NCBI GenBank assembly: GCA_964016885.1
Contig: OZ024742.1
Span: 234,794,001 to 234,858,000, forward strand
DNA length: 64,000 nt
Direction: 5' to 3'
DNA from: Eledone cirrhosa
Lineage: Eukaryota
The notes beneath the pieces were generated by a model. It had not been told where the DNA came from. It did no database searches and was given only the letters and a program-made list of their open reading frames with translations. This document shows, in pieces, positions 23,367 to 36,867 of this stretch. The translations under genes were made by a program, and so were the position numbers. Within the stretch, counting starts at the first letter, position 1, and every line of letters starts with the position of its first letter.

Positions 23367-23800
23367 AAGATTCTGATGAGATAAATTGTTGTTGAGGAGG
23401 AAAATATGGTGGTTGTGGATGATGGTGATGGTGGTAGTGGTTGTTGTTGTTGGTGGTGGTATTGTTTAATTGGCATTGTTGTTTAGCCCCAGGCCAGCCC
23501 TCATTGAGCAGATCTATGGCCAAAGGTATTCCAGTGATGACTGTTCCATTTTTTTTTTCATGAACTATACATCTAAAACTATATTATTTAATGTGCCTCT
23601 ACTTTTAAAAGATTCTGATGAGATAAATTGTTGTGGTGGAGGAAAAGATGGTGGTGGTGGTGTTTAATTGACATTGCTGTTGTTTAGCCCCAGGGCAGTT
23701 CTCATTGAACAGATCTATGGTCATGACTGTTCCATCTTTTTTTTTTCAGGAACTATGCATCTAAAACTATATTATGTAATGTGCTTCTACTTGTTAAAGA
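23367..23800. repeat. Tandem duplication of a ~200-240 bp unit
   Basis: AAGATTCTGATGAGATAAATTGTTGT...GTTTAGCCCCAGG...CATCTAAAACTATATTAT occurs at 23367 and again at about 23609. Confidence 0.8.
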
Positions 23801-25244
23801 CGATATGGTGTAATTAAGAGATTTGGCTGCTTTTGCTAGCTGTTAAAGTGACCATGGATAGCAAAATCAGAAACATTAGTTACTAATGAACTGTAGTGTT
23901 TAGTTAAGCCTCTTTAGATTCTGAGTTTAAATCAGTTGGCCACGCCAAACCCTTCCCACAGTGGACCTTCAGTTCAGATATTGGATCTTGCAGCGGAATT
24001 ACAGTTTTGGAGCCCAGCATTGGATGACACCACTATGAGGAGGGACAGGCCAGTTGTGTTTACAAATGTTGGCTTATATATTGTCAAACAGCTTCCTTTC
24101 TTCAATTATTTCAATTATCAACAGCATGAAACATACAGTAATGTTTTATGAAGCTTTAGTTTCTAATAAAATATACAAAATTTACTTTATACATTGTGTA
24201 CCTTTCCCTCTTCTTCAATCTATATACACACACCCATATCCGCGCATACATAGATACATATACACACACACACCTTCATTTAGCATCCACTTTATTAGTT
24301 GACATGAATTGAATAGGCTGTCATGGTCAGACTAGAAAGGTTTGGGAAACCATATCTTGCTCATATGTTCCATATTTTGGCATGGTTTCTATGGTAAGTG
24401 CTCTTCCCGGCACCAACCATAGGTACACCCTATCCTTGTATGTTGTATGAAGTGTCTAAAAGAGTTGGCATTTGGAAGGGCATCTGGTTGAAAAAACGAT
24501 CTCCAAACATCCTGTCCAACCCATGCCAATATGGAAAAGTAGACACACAAAATGATGATAATGAGAATATCAGTTAAGTCCCAGGTTAGCCCCTATCAAG
24601 TGGTTGATATATTACAATTATTTTTTTCCCCTCGTTCTATAGTTTTGTTTTTTATTTAGGGAGACAACTCTGAAAATATTTTAAAGAGTTCTCGTCCTTG
24701 TTTTGTCATTTTCAGAAAAAATATTTTTTATCTGAATATGAATAATCTTTTACAGCAAAGGATTTTTTTTTACCGGTTTCATGTCTTCATTTTTTCTAAC
24801 ACCTGAACTGAGGGTCCGCTGTGTGAAGGGTTTGGCGGGGCCAACTATTCTGTCAAGCCACATAGCTGTGCCACCCAGTTCCAAGCTCTTAAAATGTGGT
24901 ACTGCAATGAGAAAGATTCATCACGGCTGAATGGCCTGTGCGATTCCTGAGCTGTGGGTCTGCTGTGTGAAGGGTTCGGTGCGACCAACAGGCCTGTCCC
25001 TCTGCATAGCAGTGTCATCCAGATGTAGTTTGAAGGTTATGATAACAAGTTCATGATTGCTTCCAAAGTCAGCTCCATGTCTTCGCAATGTTCATGCTGG
25101 ACCATAAGTGCCTCCTCACCATGATATAATCTATCTGGTTGTGATCCTCTCTATTTGGACTGTGCCACATAACTCTTCTGGATGTTTTGTGTGAGCCAAA
25201 TGTGTTTCAGTATAGTGTCGATACATCATCTACCAGAGCAAAAA

Positions 25245-25812
25245 CGTTATGAATAATAATAAGTTAGATATATATAGTGCATCCATTCCCAGTTGGATTG
25301 AAGAAGAAATATCAAAATTGGATAGGAGGATGAGAAATTTAATGACATTGTATGGTACTTTACACCCTAAAGCAAATATTTATAGGTTATAGAGGAAGAG
25401 AAAGAATGGTGGCAGAGGTTTCATCAGTGTGGATCATTGTATAAGGAATGAAAGGAGAATGCTTGCAGAATACTTGGTAAACAGTGATGAAGAGTTGTTG
25501 CAATATGCAGCAGAAGATATGGGTATAAATGCCATAGAAATGGTTGGAAAGGAAGGGTTTAACCAAAGAGCAAAACAGAAAAGAAAAGAAGAATCTACTA
25601 GGAATGAGAATACATGGTCAATTTGAGAGAAATATACAGGATATCAAGGATAAAATAACATCATAGGTATGGCTTAAGCAAGGCGATTTGAAATGTGTCA
25701 CTGAAAACCTCATAGTTGCAGCGCAAGATCAAGCTCTGGCTACCCATTCGGTGAAGTATAACATCTACAAAACTTCTGACACCCAGAAATGCAGGCTCTG
25801 TGGAAAGAATGA
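25245..25812 (+). mobile_element. R4/Dong-clade non-LTR retrotransposon fragment
   Basis: W.EEEI.KLDRRMR.LMT...LHPKA..RL..RK.GGRG...HGQFER...WLKQGDLK..TENLIVAAQDQALAT...CRLC, with stops. Confidence 0.75.
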
Positions 25813-25997
25813 CAGGCCCACCTGATGGCACCTCCAGCATTGGCAGGCCAAATAATTCTACCTACTAGGTACAGCACACATATTACATATAGTGCTTTTA
25901 ATACAATAACAAACATAAAAAAAACACTGCATGTACCCAAAGCATGTAAATTGGTGAAAGCCCCATTAAAATTTATAATACTGATATAATACTAATA

Positions 25998-26185
25998 ATT
26001 GTTTCTACTTTTGGCACAAGGCCAGCAATTACTCAGTACATTACTGGTACTTTATTTTATCGACCCTGTAAGGATGACAGGCAAAGTTAACCTCGGCGGG
26101 ATTTGAACTCAGAATGGCAAGGGCCGTAACTCTATGCGTCAAAGCATGGCATCTGACCCTCTACCAATACTGCCAATCCACCAAT
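25998..26185 (-). mobile_element. Nin-domain tRNA SINE
   Basis: Full head-core-tail match to the family. An inverted partner lies at about 26815-26970 (+). Confidence 0.8.
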
Positions 26186-28229
26186 ACCTACCATTAGTAA
26201 AAACAATAACAAATATAATTATCATCATCTTCATCAACCATATTGTTGTTGTTATTAAGAAGCACTTCTCAGTTATTGATTTTACATAGAGAAACCGTAG
26301 TTAATTAGTTAATGGTCATCTTTAGTCGATATATGTGGCTATATGATGCTGAGAAAATGACAGCTAAAAGGGACAGTGAGGATGAAAATAGACAGAGAGA
26401 AGGAGTGTATGAATGAAAGAGTAAAACAGTTATTTATTGAAAAGAGTATTATTTTAACTCAACTATTGTTGGATATAAAGAGGAAACCTGTTAAAGAGAT
26501 CCCGTTAATGGATAAAGCATCTAATAAATGAGATGAATGAACGTATTATTAGGGACTGTATAGTATATAGTGTGATGAGGTATATGTACATATATGTGTA
26601 TGTACTAATGTGTTTCTGTGTGAGTGCATGTGTGTGTGTGTAGAGGTTAAGGTACTTGACTGCTTAGTCATATATTGTGAGTTCAAATACACACCACGTC
26701 AAAAGTATATAGTGTTCTATCTAAAGTGAATATTTATTTGATACTATTGCTGGCAAAACTAAAAGTGGAAAGAATATGGTATATATATAGAGAAATATTA
26801 TTCAAAATAATCATGCTTTGCGCCGTAGAGTTGTAGCCCTTTGCGTTCTGGGTTAAAATACTGCCGAGATTAACTTTGCCTTCCATCCTTACGGGGGTTG
26901 ATAAAATAAAGCACCAGTAATGCACTGGGGTAATTGCTGGCCTTGTGCCAAAAGTAGAAACAATTATTCAAAATGATCATTTTCAATAGGGAACACATTA
27001 TATTTGCATGTTTGTATTTAATATTCAAGCAATCATATGTATCTGTATTCATGTATGTTGGTGTTGATAGAGGTGTTGACTCAATCTATAGGAAGCACAT
27101 CATTTGGTTTTGTTTTTCCCCACAAAGAATTATTGTCATGCAGTCGGGTACGATACACCTATAACACACTACCTCTAATTATTTTTCCTCTGTAATGTCC
27201 AGTTAAATAATAATTGACAACTTCCCTTAGTGTTGGTGCCACAATAAAATGCACTTGGAAGTGTGTGGGATCATATATTGGGCTCCCAGTCCACCAAGAG
27301 ATCAGAGACTCTGCTTGAGTGTTGTCCAGTCTGTGACAACACAGTCAACCTTTGCTAGCAGAGAAGATGGACATTAAAGGATGATAACAATAACAGTGAC
27401 AATGATGATGAGAGTGATATTGCTAAATTAAAAATCTAAATCTACTTTTTGCAGATTAAATTAATATTCATAGATTATTTATTCAATTTTTTTTCAAATA
27501 GACCTTTATATGTGTATACCAAGAAAATGTTTTTTTAAAGTCACTTGAAAAGATCTCAATATATACCAGACTGATCAAATACTGATGGTAAGAATGAAAA
27601 AAATGTTTAAATGATATTTAGTCACAGGATACTTTTAAACTATCTTACAGATATCAAACCAAGCCAAAACGGGCTTTGGTTCTATGAAAGAAAACCAAAC
27701 ATGTTAAAGGGTTCTTTTAAAAGAAGAGAGAGAAAGAACACAAGAGAATTTTTTTTTCTGCATGGAAAGGATTTACAGATTCAGTGCTTACCAAAATGTG
27801 AATAACATATAAAATCATTATTCCAAGAGAAAATTGAAAAATAATATACCCAACACCCACCCTCTCACTCTATCTCTCAAAAAGTTAATCAACAAAACAA
27901 TAATGTTTCTAATAGTTGAATATAGTGATGTATGACATAAACCTCCTTTCGAAGATGGTGGAAGAGAGTGGGGGAAGGGGTAGAGGCATATTTTCAATTT
28001 TCTGTTTTGATTTGAAATGACTGCTAAAACTAATTTTGACTGACTTTCTCTCATATTCAGGAAAAGTGGTATGTATGAAGACCATATCAGTAAAAAAAAA
28101 CAAAGCATCTTAATGAGTTAAATTAAATTGGTGAGCCTAGAAACACACTACTTCACTATACCAAAATGGGTATCAGCTGTGTGTTACCCCCAACCACTGT
28201 TTTTAACCAAAATTAATTCTATCATCATC

Positions 28230-30347
28230 TACTCATAATCACCATTTAATGTCCATTCTTCCACGCTACACGGGTTGTCTCATTTTAGGCAAGTTGGGTC
28301 AGGTGACCTGTCTTGCTCATACAGAACTGTTTCTGGCTTGGTTTCTCCAGCTGGATGCTCTTCCTAATGCCAACCACATTTATAGTGTGTGCTGGGTGCT
28401 TTTTGTCGTGACTCCTACACGGCACCTTTATAGTATAGGCTGGGTACTTTTTGTCATGTCGCCATCATGACAATGTTACAGTGTGCTACAGCCTGTCCTC
28501 ATGAGATATGTATGGGAGGGTGGTGCATATATAGGCTTTAGCCTATACCCATGGGAAGGCAGGTCTTCTGTATTACTGCATAACACCAGAGGTCTTGGTC
28601 CTGTGTCATCGTCTTTGAGAGGTGCGATTGAGCAAAGTCAGCTTTTATCACCTCATCCCAAGGATTCCATCAGTTTTGAGCAGTCTGCACCTTTTTATAC
28701 AGCTTTCATCTTTCATACACATCACATGTCCATACCAATGCAATCTTCTCTCTTGCACACTGCATCTGGTTTCTCTTATGCCTAGTTTCTCTGTCAGTTC
28801 ATGTATGCTTTGCCATTCACGTAAATAACTATTACACATCCAACAGAGCATGCAAGCTTCATTTCTTTCCAATCTATGCAAGTCTTTTGCATGCAGTGTC
28901 CAGGTTTCACTACCATGCAACATTGCTGTTTGAATGTACACATCATACAGTCTGCCTTTCATTTTGAGGGAAAAGCCTTTTGTAGTTAACAGTGGTAGTA
29001 ACTCCCTGAACTTCTTCCATCCCATTCTCACTCTGGCTACTGTACTTTCAGAACACTCACCTCCACTGCAAATTTGGTCACACGGGTAGCAGAAGCTGTC
29101 TACTGCGTCTACCAAACCTTCCCAAAATTTGTTAGCACTTGTTTCTTGTGGTCGTTTGTTGCTTACTGCCCCGGTGCAGCAGTTACATGTAAAACCTACA
29201 TTTTTAGCTAAACTTCCTGAGATCCCACTACATTTCTTGTGTACCCATAGTTTGCATTTGTGACAGATGATGTAATTTCTACCTACATACTGAGCAAGGC
29301 CATTTCCCTGAGGTGATCAGGGTTCTGTTTTCTTTTCTACTTACTAAGACCTTAATCTTTGTTAGGTTGACTTTAAGACTCCTTGTTTCTAGGCCCTGCT
29401 TGCATGTTTGGAATTTCTTCTCTAATTCCACCATAGATTCTGCTATGAGTGTAAGATCATCCGTGTTCAGGAGTTTCCATGGGCAACAGTCTTAAACTCC
29501 TCTGTTATAGCCTGCAGTATGATAATAATCAGAAGAGGGCTAATAACAAAGCCCTAGTGGACCCCAACCTGCATGCTACATTCCTTGCTATAGTCATTGA
29601 TAATTCTAATTTTGCTGACTGCTCCCCTATACAGGGGCAGTAGCTCCCTAAACTTCTTCCATACTATGCTCTTGGATCACCCACCTCTACTGCTAATTTG
29701 ATCACCTAGATAGCTGTGAAGCTTTGAACCACTTCTATGGGTCCTACCTGAGATTAAAAAAGATTCATATCATTGACACTTTTACTATCAATTTTTCCTG
29801 AACATCTATTACATAAAAAGTTTTCTATTCCTGTTAGTCTGTCTGCTATCCTGCTACACCTTGTGTGTACCCAACATTTACAATGTGTACATAGTATAGA
29901 GTTTCTACCTACTCCTTTACATATCAAGTAATGCCATTTCCCCAATGGGATCAGTCTTGTCTTCTTTCCTACTTATTAACACTTTGCTTTTTGCTAAGTT
30001 TACTTACTCTCAGTTCTTTTGATTCTAAGTTCTGTTTCCTATCTGAATAGTGGATTCAGCTACAAGAACCAGATCAACATACAGAAGTTCCCATGGACAA
30101 CCAGACTTAAACTCCTCTGTTATAGCTTGGAGAACTATAATAAACAGGAGTTGGCTGAGGACAGTGCTCTGGTGAACCTCTACCTACACATTGAATTCTT
30201 TACTTTACTCATTACCTACTCTTACTTTACTGATAATTCCTCTGTACATGGCTTGCACTGCTTTCACAAGCCATTCTTCTATACCTAGTTTCCTCAAGGA
30301 CTACCAGATGACAGATTGTGGTACTTTGTCAAAAGTCTTCTCAAGAT
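28230..30347 (-). mobile_element. Two adjacent decayed RTE LINE fragments
   Basis: RT C-terminal motifs (LHGSETW, RRLHWYGHV) at 28648-29115. A second PHD/RT fragment at 29636-30347 is interrupted at FVDLEK by the hAT element. Confidence 0.85.
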
Positions 30348-30875
30348 CAAAGGTTCTCAAACCATTTCGGCCAAACGCCCTCTTTTGCCCCTTGAAATCA
30401 CGAAACGCCCCCCCCTACTCTATTTTTCCATTTTTCAATATCCTACTGATTTTAATATCAATAGATTACTGGGCCAAATCAAGTTATGTTAGAATCTTTT
30501 AAAAAATACTCATATGAATTAAATACAAAAAAGTTTCAGTCCAAAACAAAAGCAAACTATTTCAAATTATATATTTTTGAAAAATAGATGTGAATGTTCT
30601 CAAAGATGTGATCTCAGTCGAAAAAGCTTTTTTTTTTTAATTCTATATTTCACTGTTAGCTGTTGTAACATTTTGAGTGGATAGACAATTCTACAATTCA
30701 AACTGTAAAGTCAAAATACAAAAGATGCAAAATAGGAAGAATTTCTTACCTTTCTCTGGAATCACAAACTCAAGGAAAAAATAGTATCTTGCAAAATAAA
30801 GTGCCTCGATCACAAACTTAGTTGCAACGAATGAATTGAGATGCTTAGTGACAGTAAGCAAACAATATCTGTATC

Positions 30876-30910
<35 letters not shown>

Positions 30911-31043
30911 CATAGACAGATACACCACACACACACAAACAAATGTGTGTGTGCCTTGTTTTTGGTACAGAAAGAATTTTGTTTCCAGTTTTTATTGCCG
31001 GGTCAAAGGCCACTGCTCTTTTCAACATCAAATAAAAAATATA

Positions 31044-31598
31044 TCATCATCATCATCATCATCGTTTAACGTCCATATTCCACGCTTGCATGGGTTTGGA
31101 CGGGAGTTTTCCCACTTGAGGCAAGAGTGGTTGTCTTGCTCGCATAGGACTGTCTGGCGGGTTTTCTACTGCTGGATGCCCTTCCTAACACCAACCACAT
31201 TTACAGTGTGGGGCTGGGAGGTTTTTACCGTGTTACCTACACGGCCACATTACAGCGTGGACTGTGTGTTTTTTTGCCGTGACACCTACACAACCTCATT
31301 TGTTTCGGGCTGGATGTTGTGACACCAACATAACTTTACATTGAAAGGGGTGGTGTGGATGGGGTGGGGTAGTGGGACGGGGGTGTATTTTGTTAGAGGT
31401 GTCTACTGACTGTAGTAGGTTTCACTTTGTACTTAGGTAAGGTGGGTCTTCTCTATTACTGTGTAGCACCAAAGCTCTCGGTCCAGTGACATTGTCTTGG
31501 AGAGGTGTAAGTGTGTGAGGTCGGAATTTATCAAGGCGTCCCAGGTTTTTCTGCGTCTGCCTACTCCGTGGCTACCGTCTATTTTTATTGCCCTGCAC
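31044..31598 (-). mobile_element. RTE LINE 3' fragment (long-UTR subfamily)
   Basis: (TCA)n tail and 3' UTR nearly identical to 15199-15710. Confidence 0.9.
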
Positions 31599-31609
31599 TA
31601 TATATATAT

Positions 31610-33862
31610 ATCATCATCATCATCATCATCATCATTTTACGTCCGCTTTTCCCTGCTTGCAAGGGTGGGACGGGTCTTATTCAGCACAGCATCTCTCCAC
31701 TCGTCACGGTCCTTCGTCATCTCCACCGTGAGCTTCAATGATCTGAGGTCTGTTCTCACCACCTCCGCCCATGTTTTTCGTGGTCTACCTCTACCACATC
31801 TTCCTTCAACTGGCATTTCCTGGCACTTCTTCACCCATCGGTCATCCTCCATGCGCATCACATGTCCATACCACCTCAGTCTCCTCTCCCATACACTACA
31901 TTCTATCCCTCTCAGACACAGTTTCTCTCTCAACACATTTATGCTGGGTCGTTCACGCACATTTACACTGCACATCCAACGGAGCATGCTTGTCTCATTT
32001 CTCTCCAGCCGTCGCATATCCTCTGCAGTTGCTGCCCATGTCTCACTACCATGCAGCATCGCGCTCCTCACTCAGGCATCATACAACCGGCCTTTCGTAC
32101 GCAGGGAGAAACCCTTCTTCGTCAACAGAGGAAGCAGCTCCCTAAACTTCTTCCAACCTGTCCTTATTCTAGATACTATGGCCTCGGAACACCCTCCTCC
32201 CATGCTAATCTGATCTCCTAGGTACCGGAAGCTATCCACTACTTCTATAGCGCCCTCCTGCATTTGAAAAATGTGTCTATCAATGCAATTTCTACTGTCT
32301 AATTTCCCTGTACATCTACTGCATACATATTTCTCCCTACCTGTTAGTTTGCCTGCTATCCCGCTACATCTCTTGTGTACCCAGGATCTGCATTGTGTGC
32401 ATTTTATAGAATTTATGCCAGTTCCTTTTCTGCATATCGAACATGGCCATTTCCTTGACGGAATCAGGGTTTTGTCCTCTTTTCTACTCATCAACACTTT
32501 TGTCTTAGCTAGATTCACTCTCAGTCCTCTTGCTTCCAACTGCTGTTTCCATAGCCAGAATTTATTCTCTAGCTCCTCTACTGATTCTGCTATAAGAACC
32601 AGATCGTCAGCATAGAGAAGTTCCCATGGATAGCCAGTCTTAAACTCCTCTGTTATGGCTTGGAGGATTATAATGAACAAGAGCGGGCTGAGGACCGAAC
32701 CCTGATGTACTCCTACTTGTATCTGGAATTCCTCACTAAACTCCATTCCTACCCTGACTTTACTGAGAGTACCTCTGTACAAAGTTTGCACTGTCCTCAC
32801 AAGCCATTCCTCAACACCTAGCTTCCTTAGGGACCACCAGATGACAGATCGGGGTACCCTATCAAAGGCCTTCTCTAGGTCAACAAAGGCTAAGTATAGT
32901 GGCTTATTCTTCTCTAAGAACCTCTCTTGCAATTGTCTCACCAAGAAGAGGGCATCTGTTGTACTCTTCCCAGGCACAAAACCAAACTGCATCTCATCTA
33001 GTTTGACCCTTTCTCTAATTAGTTATACTAAAATCCTTTCTGCCACTTTCATAACCTGATCTATCAGTTTTATACCCCTATAATTGCTCCTCTCCAGAGC
33101 ATCTCCTTTACCTTTGTAGCAATTTATGAGAATACTGCTGCACCAGTCTTTGGGTATGACACCACCATATATAGCCTGATTGATGATGCGTACAACCAGT
33201 TTAGTGCCTACGTCCCCTGATGCCTTCAGCATCTCAGCAACTATTCCCGATGGTCCAGCAGCCTTACCATTTTTCATTTCCCTAATCGCCTCTTGGACCC
33301 TATATTCATCAATCTCAATAGCTGGTCCCTCTGTCGGATCTACCAAGGGTAATTTCTCTCTCTCCCATTTGTTCTCCACATTCATCAGTCTCTCATAATG
33401 ACATTTCCAGGCCTCCTTTTTGTGATCATTCGTGACACTAAGTACACCGGCATCATCCCAGACACATTTATCTCCAACAACATCCTGATTTGCATTGACA
33501 CACTGCCTTGCAATGTGGAACACCGCATGCCTCTGATCTTCCTGTTGCAGAACATTGGCAAACCTTCTACTCTCTGCCTCCCTGCGTGCTAAGTACACCT
33601 GACGTCTAGCTTCTCTCTTAGTGGCTGTATATTCTTCCCTACTCCCACCCTTTTTCCAAGCTTTCCATGCCAGTCTTTTGTCTCTAATGGCCTTATCTAC
33701 TGTGCTGTTCCACTACCAGGTCACTCTCTGTCTGGTTGGAGCTCTGCTCCAGCCACAAGTTTCACCAGTAGCCTGCAGCAAGTTGTCACGTAAGAAATTC
33801 CATTTATTATCTATGTCATACGTCTCTAAATCGTCTTCTTTTTCGTCATATACATCTTGAAG
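31610..33862 (-). mobile_element. RTE LINE, short-UTR subfamily, 5'-truncated, with premature stops
   Basis: ORF pieces 33023-33598, 32072-32992 and 31637-32071 are in one frame with TAA and TGA stops. The ORF ends KTRPTLASREKRT immediately before (ATG)n. PHD finger present. Confidence 0.92.
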
Positions 33863-33866
33863 GGCT

Positions 33867-33898
<32 letters not shown>

Positions 33899-33954
33899 TA
33901 AATGTGTGCGTGTGTTTGCTACACTTCTATCTATCTATCTATCTATCTCTCCAA

Positions 33955-34350
33955 CAGGGGGCTCAAACATGCGGCCCGCGAACTACTTTTCTATGGCCTG
34001 TGATAGAACCAATATTTCAGATTCCATTATAACTGGTGAAAATAAGGCGGTGAGCTGGTGGAATCATTAGCACATCTGGCAAAATGCTTAGCGGTACTTC
34101 TTCCATTTTTACGTTCCGAGTTCAAATTCTGCCGATTTCAACTTTGCTTTTCATCCTTTTGGGGTCGATAAATTAAGTACCAGTTGTGAACTGAGATTGA
34201 TGTAATCGACGGGAACCTAAACCCCAAATTTTATGCCTTGTGCCTATAGTATAACTGGTGAAAAATCATCACCCACCACCACGTTTAGCCCACTGAGCCT
34301 CTCCTCCAGGATGTAATGGCCCTTTTATGTCCTTGAGTTTGAGACCCCTC
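33955..34350. mobile_element. hAT-type MITE with an inserted SINE
   Basis: TIRs CAGGGGGGCTCAAAC / GTTTGAGACCCCT. The Nin SINE at 34043-34249 is flanked by a 15-bp TSD TATAACTGGTGAAAA (34028-34042 and 34250-34264). Confidence 0.8.
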
Positions 34351-34579
34351 TTCTACACACACACTTTACTCTTTTTGTCTCTGGACTACGCCCATGCTGG
34401 AGCATCACCTTGGTAAGTTATGGGGACGTCAACAAACCAACAAGCATTAGTGGGAGGGCCAACACAAACGCAAAGACACACACAGACATATATACATATG
34501 GTCGGCCCGGGCAGTGGGACTGAACCCGGAAACGTGGTTGGAAAGCAAGCTTCTTGTCACACTGCTTATATATATATAT

Positions 34580-34667
34580 GGTATTAAATTAACAATGAAA
34601 ATAAAAACAACAATGTCAAGTTACCTTATAACTTTGTTGTTTTTATTTTCATTGTTAATTTAATACC
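34580..34667. repeat. Perfect 34-bp inverted repeat (hairpin)
   Basis: GGTATTAAATTAACAATGAAAATAAAAACAACAA (34580-34613) and its exact reverse complement (34634-34667), with a 20-nt spacer. Confidence 0.95.
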
Positions 34668-35435
34668 TAATATCTGACTCTGTATCTAAAGAATTAACTC
34701 AGCGAAAGACAGAACTTCTCTATGGATTTTACTGGATTACATTGAGTTCTATCTACAGTACGGACCCTACTACCAGAGGTAGACCTGACTGAAAAAGGAA
34801 AATATATATATATGTGTGTGTGTATTATATATGTATATATATATATAAAACTACATACATACATTTACATATGTATATAACTATACATTTATATATTTGT
34901 ATATACGCATGCATTTATATTTAAGTGTGTGTATACGTGACATGATTTATGTTTATTTTTTTGTAAGGACAGAATTTTGTCTTCAGATTTTACTACCTAG
35001 GGAGATTAACTACCACAGTTTTTCAACCTCATCAAACACAAACGCAGGCCTGTGTGTATATATGTGCGAGTGTGTATGTATGTATGTACGTATGCATGCG
35101 TGTATGTATAAGTATACACCCACACCTTTCATCACCATTGTTTCTTTTTCTTGCCATTTCTGTTGAAGTTGTTCTTGTAACTGTTGTCATAGTTGACGTT
35201 GCCCTTATTTTCATTTTCTTTGATTCCTTTCGTTTTTCTTTTATCTCCCTAGGGAATTCGTTGACAAGCTTCTTTTATTTTTCTTTGTTTTCTTCATTCA
35301 AATGCATTCACACTGGCTGTCTCAGAAATGTACAGATATGGCTTATAAAATTTACTAAAGTAAAGAGCCTTCCGGTGCCCCGCTAAAGCTTCAAGCGCCC
35401 CCCATTGAGAACCTTTGCTCTAGATCAACAAAAAT

Positions 35436-36577
35436 TAGATTGATCTAGATGAAATGCAGTTCGACAACTACAGGAGAAGTACCTAGCTAAAAGTAAACCC
35501 CTATACTTAGCTTTTGTCGACTTGGAGAAAGCCTTCGACAGAGTCCCCCGTTCCATTATCTGGTGGGCTCTTAGAAAACTAGGTGTTGACGAATGGCTTG
35601 TGAGAGCTATACAAGCCATGTATAAAGAAACAGTCAGCAAGGTTAGAATTAACAACGAATATAGTGAAGAGTTTAGCGTAAAAGTTGGTGTCCATCAGCC
35701 CCCTACTATTTATTATTGCCCTTCAGGCTATAACAGAGGAGTTCAAGACCGGCTGCCCATGGGAACTCCTATATGCAGATGACCTAACACTCATAGCTGA
35801 ATCAATGGCCGAGCTAGAGAAGAAATTCCAAACATGGAAGCACGGCCTAGAATCAAAAGGCCTTAAAATTAACCTGGCTAAGACTAAAGTTCTAGTTTGT
35901 AAGAAAGAAAATAAGGCGGCGGTCCCTTCCGGGAAGTGGCCATGCTCAGTGTGTAGGAAAGGTGTAGGTAGAAACTCCATTTTATGTCCCAAATGCAAAG
36001 TATGGGTGCATAAAAGATGTAGTGGGATCACAGGTAAGCTAACCAAGAACATAGATTTTACATGTGGCCGGTGCTCTGGTGCAATAAGTAGCAGCAAGTG
36101 CCCACCAAATACTAGCTCTTTCAACTGCACAGAGGGTTCTATAGAAATAGTGGACAGCTTCCGTTACCTGGGTGACAAAATCAGCAGTGGGGGAGGGTGC
36201 TCTGAAAGTACAGTAGCTAGAGTCAGAACTGGATGGAAAAAGTTCAGAGAGCTTATACCACTATTAGCCGCTAAAGGGTTCTCCCTAAAAATGAAAGGCA
36301 GGTTGTATGATGCCTGCATACGAACAGCAATGTTGCATGGCAGTGAGACCTGGGCATTGTGTGCAGAGGATATACGCAGACTAGAGAGGAACGAAGCTTG
36401 CATGCTCCGCTGGATGTGTAATAGTAATATACGTGAACGGCAAAGCATAGACGAACTAAGGAAAAAATTAGAAATAAGAGGGATCAGATGTTGTTTACTC
36501 GAGAGAAGGCTACGTTGGTATGGTCACGTGATGCGCATGAAAGACGATAGCTGTATAACAAAGTGCAGGGCAATCAA
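35436..36577 (+). mobile_element. RTE LINE internal fragment (same subfamily as 15199-17245, opposite strand)
   Basis: ORF 35685-36596 is almost identical to the 15536-17209 protein. Two small internal deletions; no 3' tail. Confidence 0.92.
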
Positions 36578-36867
36578 TTGCTTGATTTTAAGATGATCAG
36601 AGTGAGGCATGTATCAATGGATCAGGTTTATTGACTTTCACTCACATACAAATTTAGTACTTATTCCTGACATCTTGATAAACAACAAAACTTTTGTAGT
36701 ACATTTGGAACTCTTGACTCAAGAGTAAGTAGTCTAATCCCCACCCACCTCATCATCTTTCTTTTATATAGTAAATACTTACTTTTTCTTTCATCGGGTC
36801 ACTAAGGCACCAATGAAAAAAAAACTTCCATCTTCATGAAGCATACCTTAGACAAATTTGACTGGCG

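Larger units (their letters stand above)
30348..35417. mobile_element. Non-autonomous hAT (Charlie-like) DNA transposon carrying nested insertions
   Basis: Perfect 13-bp TIRs CAAAGGTTCTCAA (30348-30360) and TTGAGAACCTTTG (35405-35417). 8-bp TSD CTCAAGAT / CTCTAGAT (7/8). The host RTE sequence resumes (CAACAAAA) after the right TSD. Confidence 0.85.

Noticed and set aside
27502-27805. Apparent exon-63-nt intron-exon structure on the plus strand (AG 27500, GTAAGA 27588, CAG 27650)
   Set aside because: The first segment has stops in all three frames and the second has no recognisable homology; it cannot be supported as coding without RNA evidence.
32072-32074. In-frame TGA at a conserved Cys (RLYDA*VR) suggesting selenocysteine
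   Set aside because: Sister RTE copies have TGC/TGT here and this copy has another premature stop at 33023; simple point decay.
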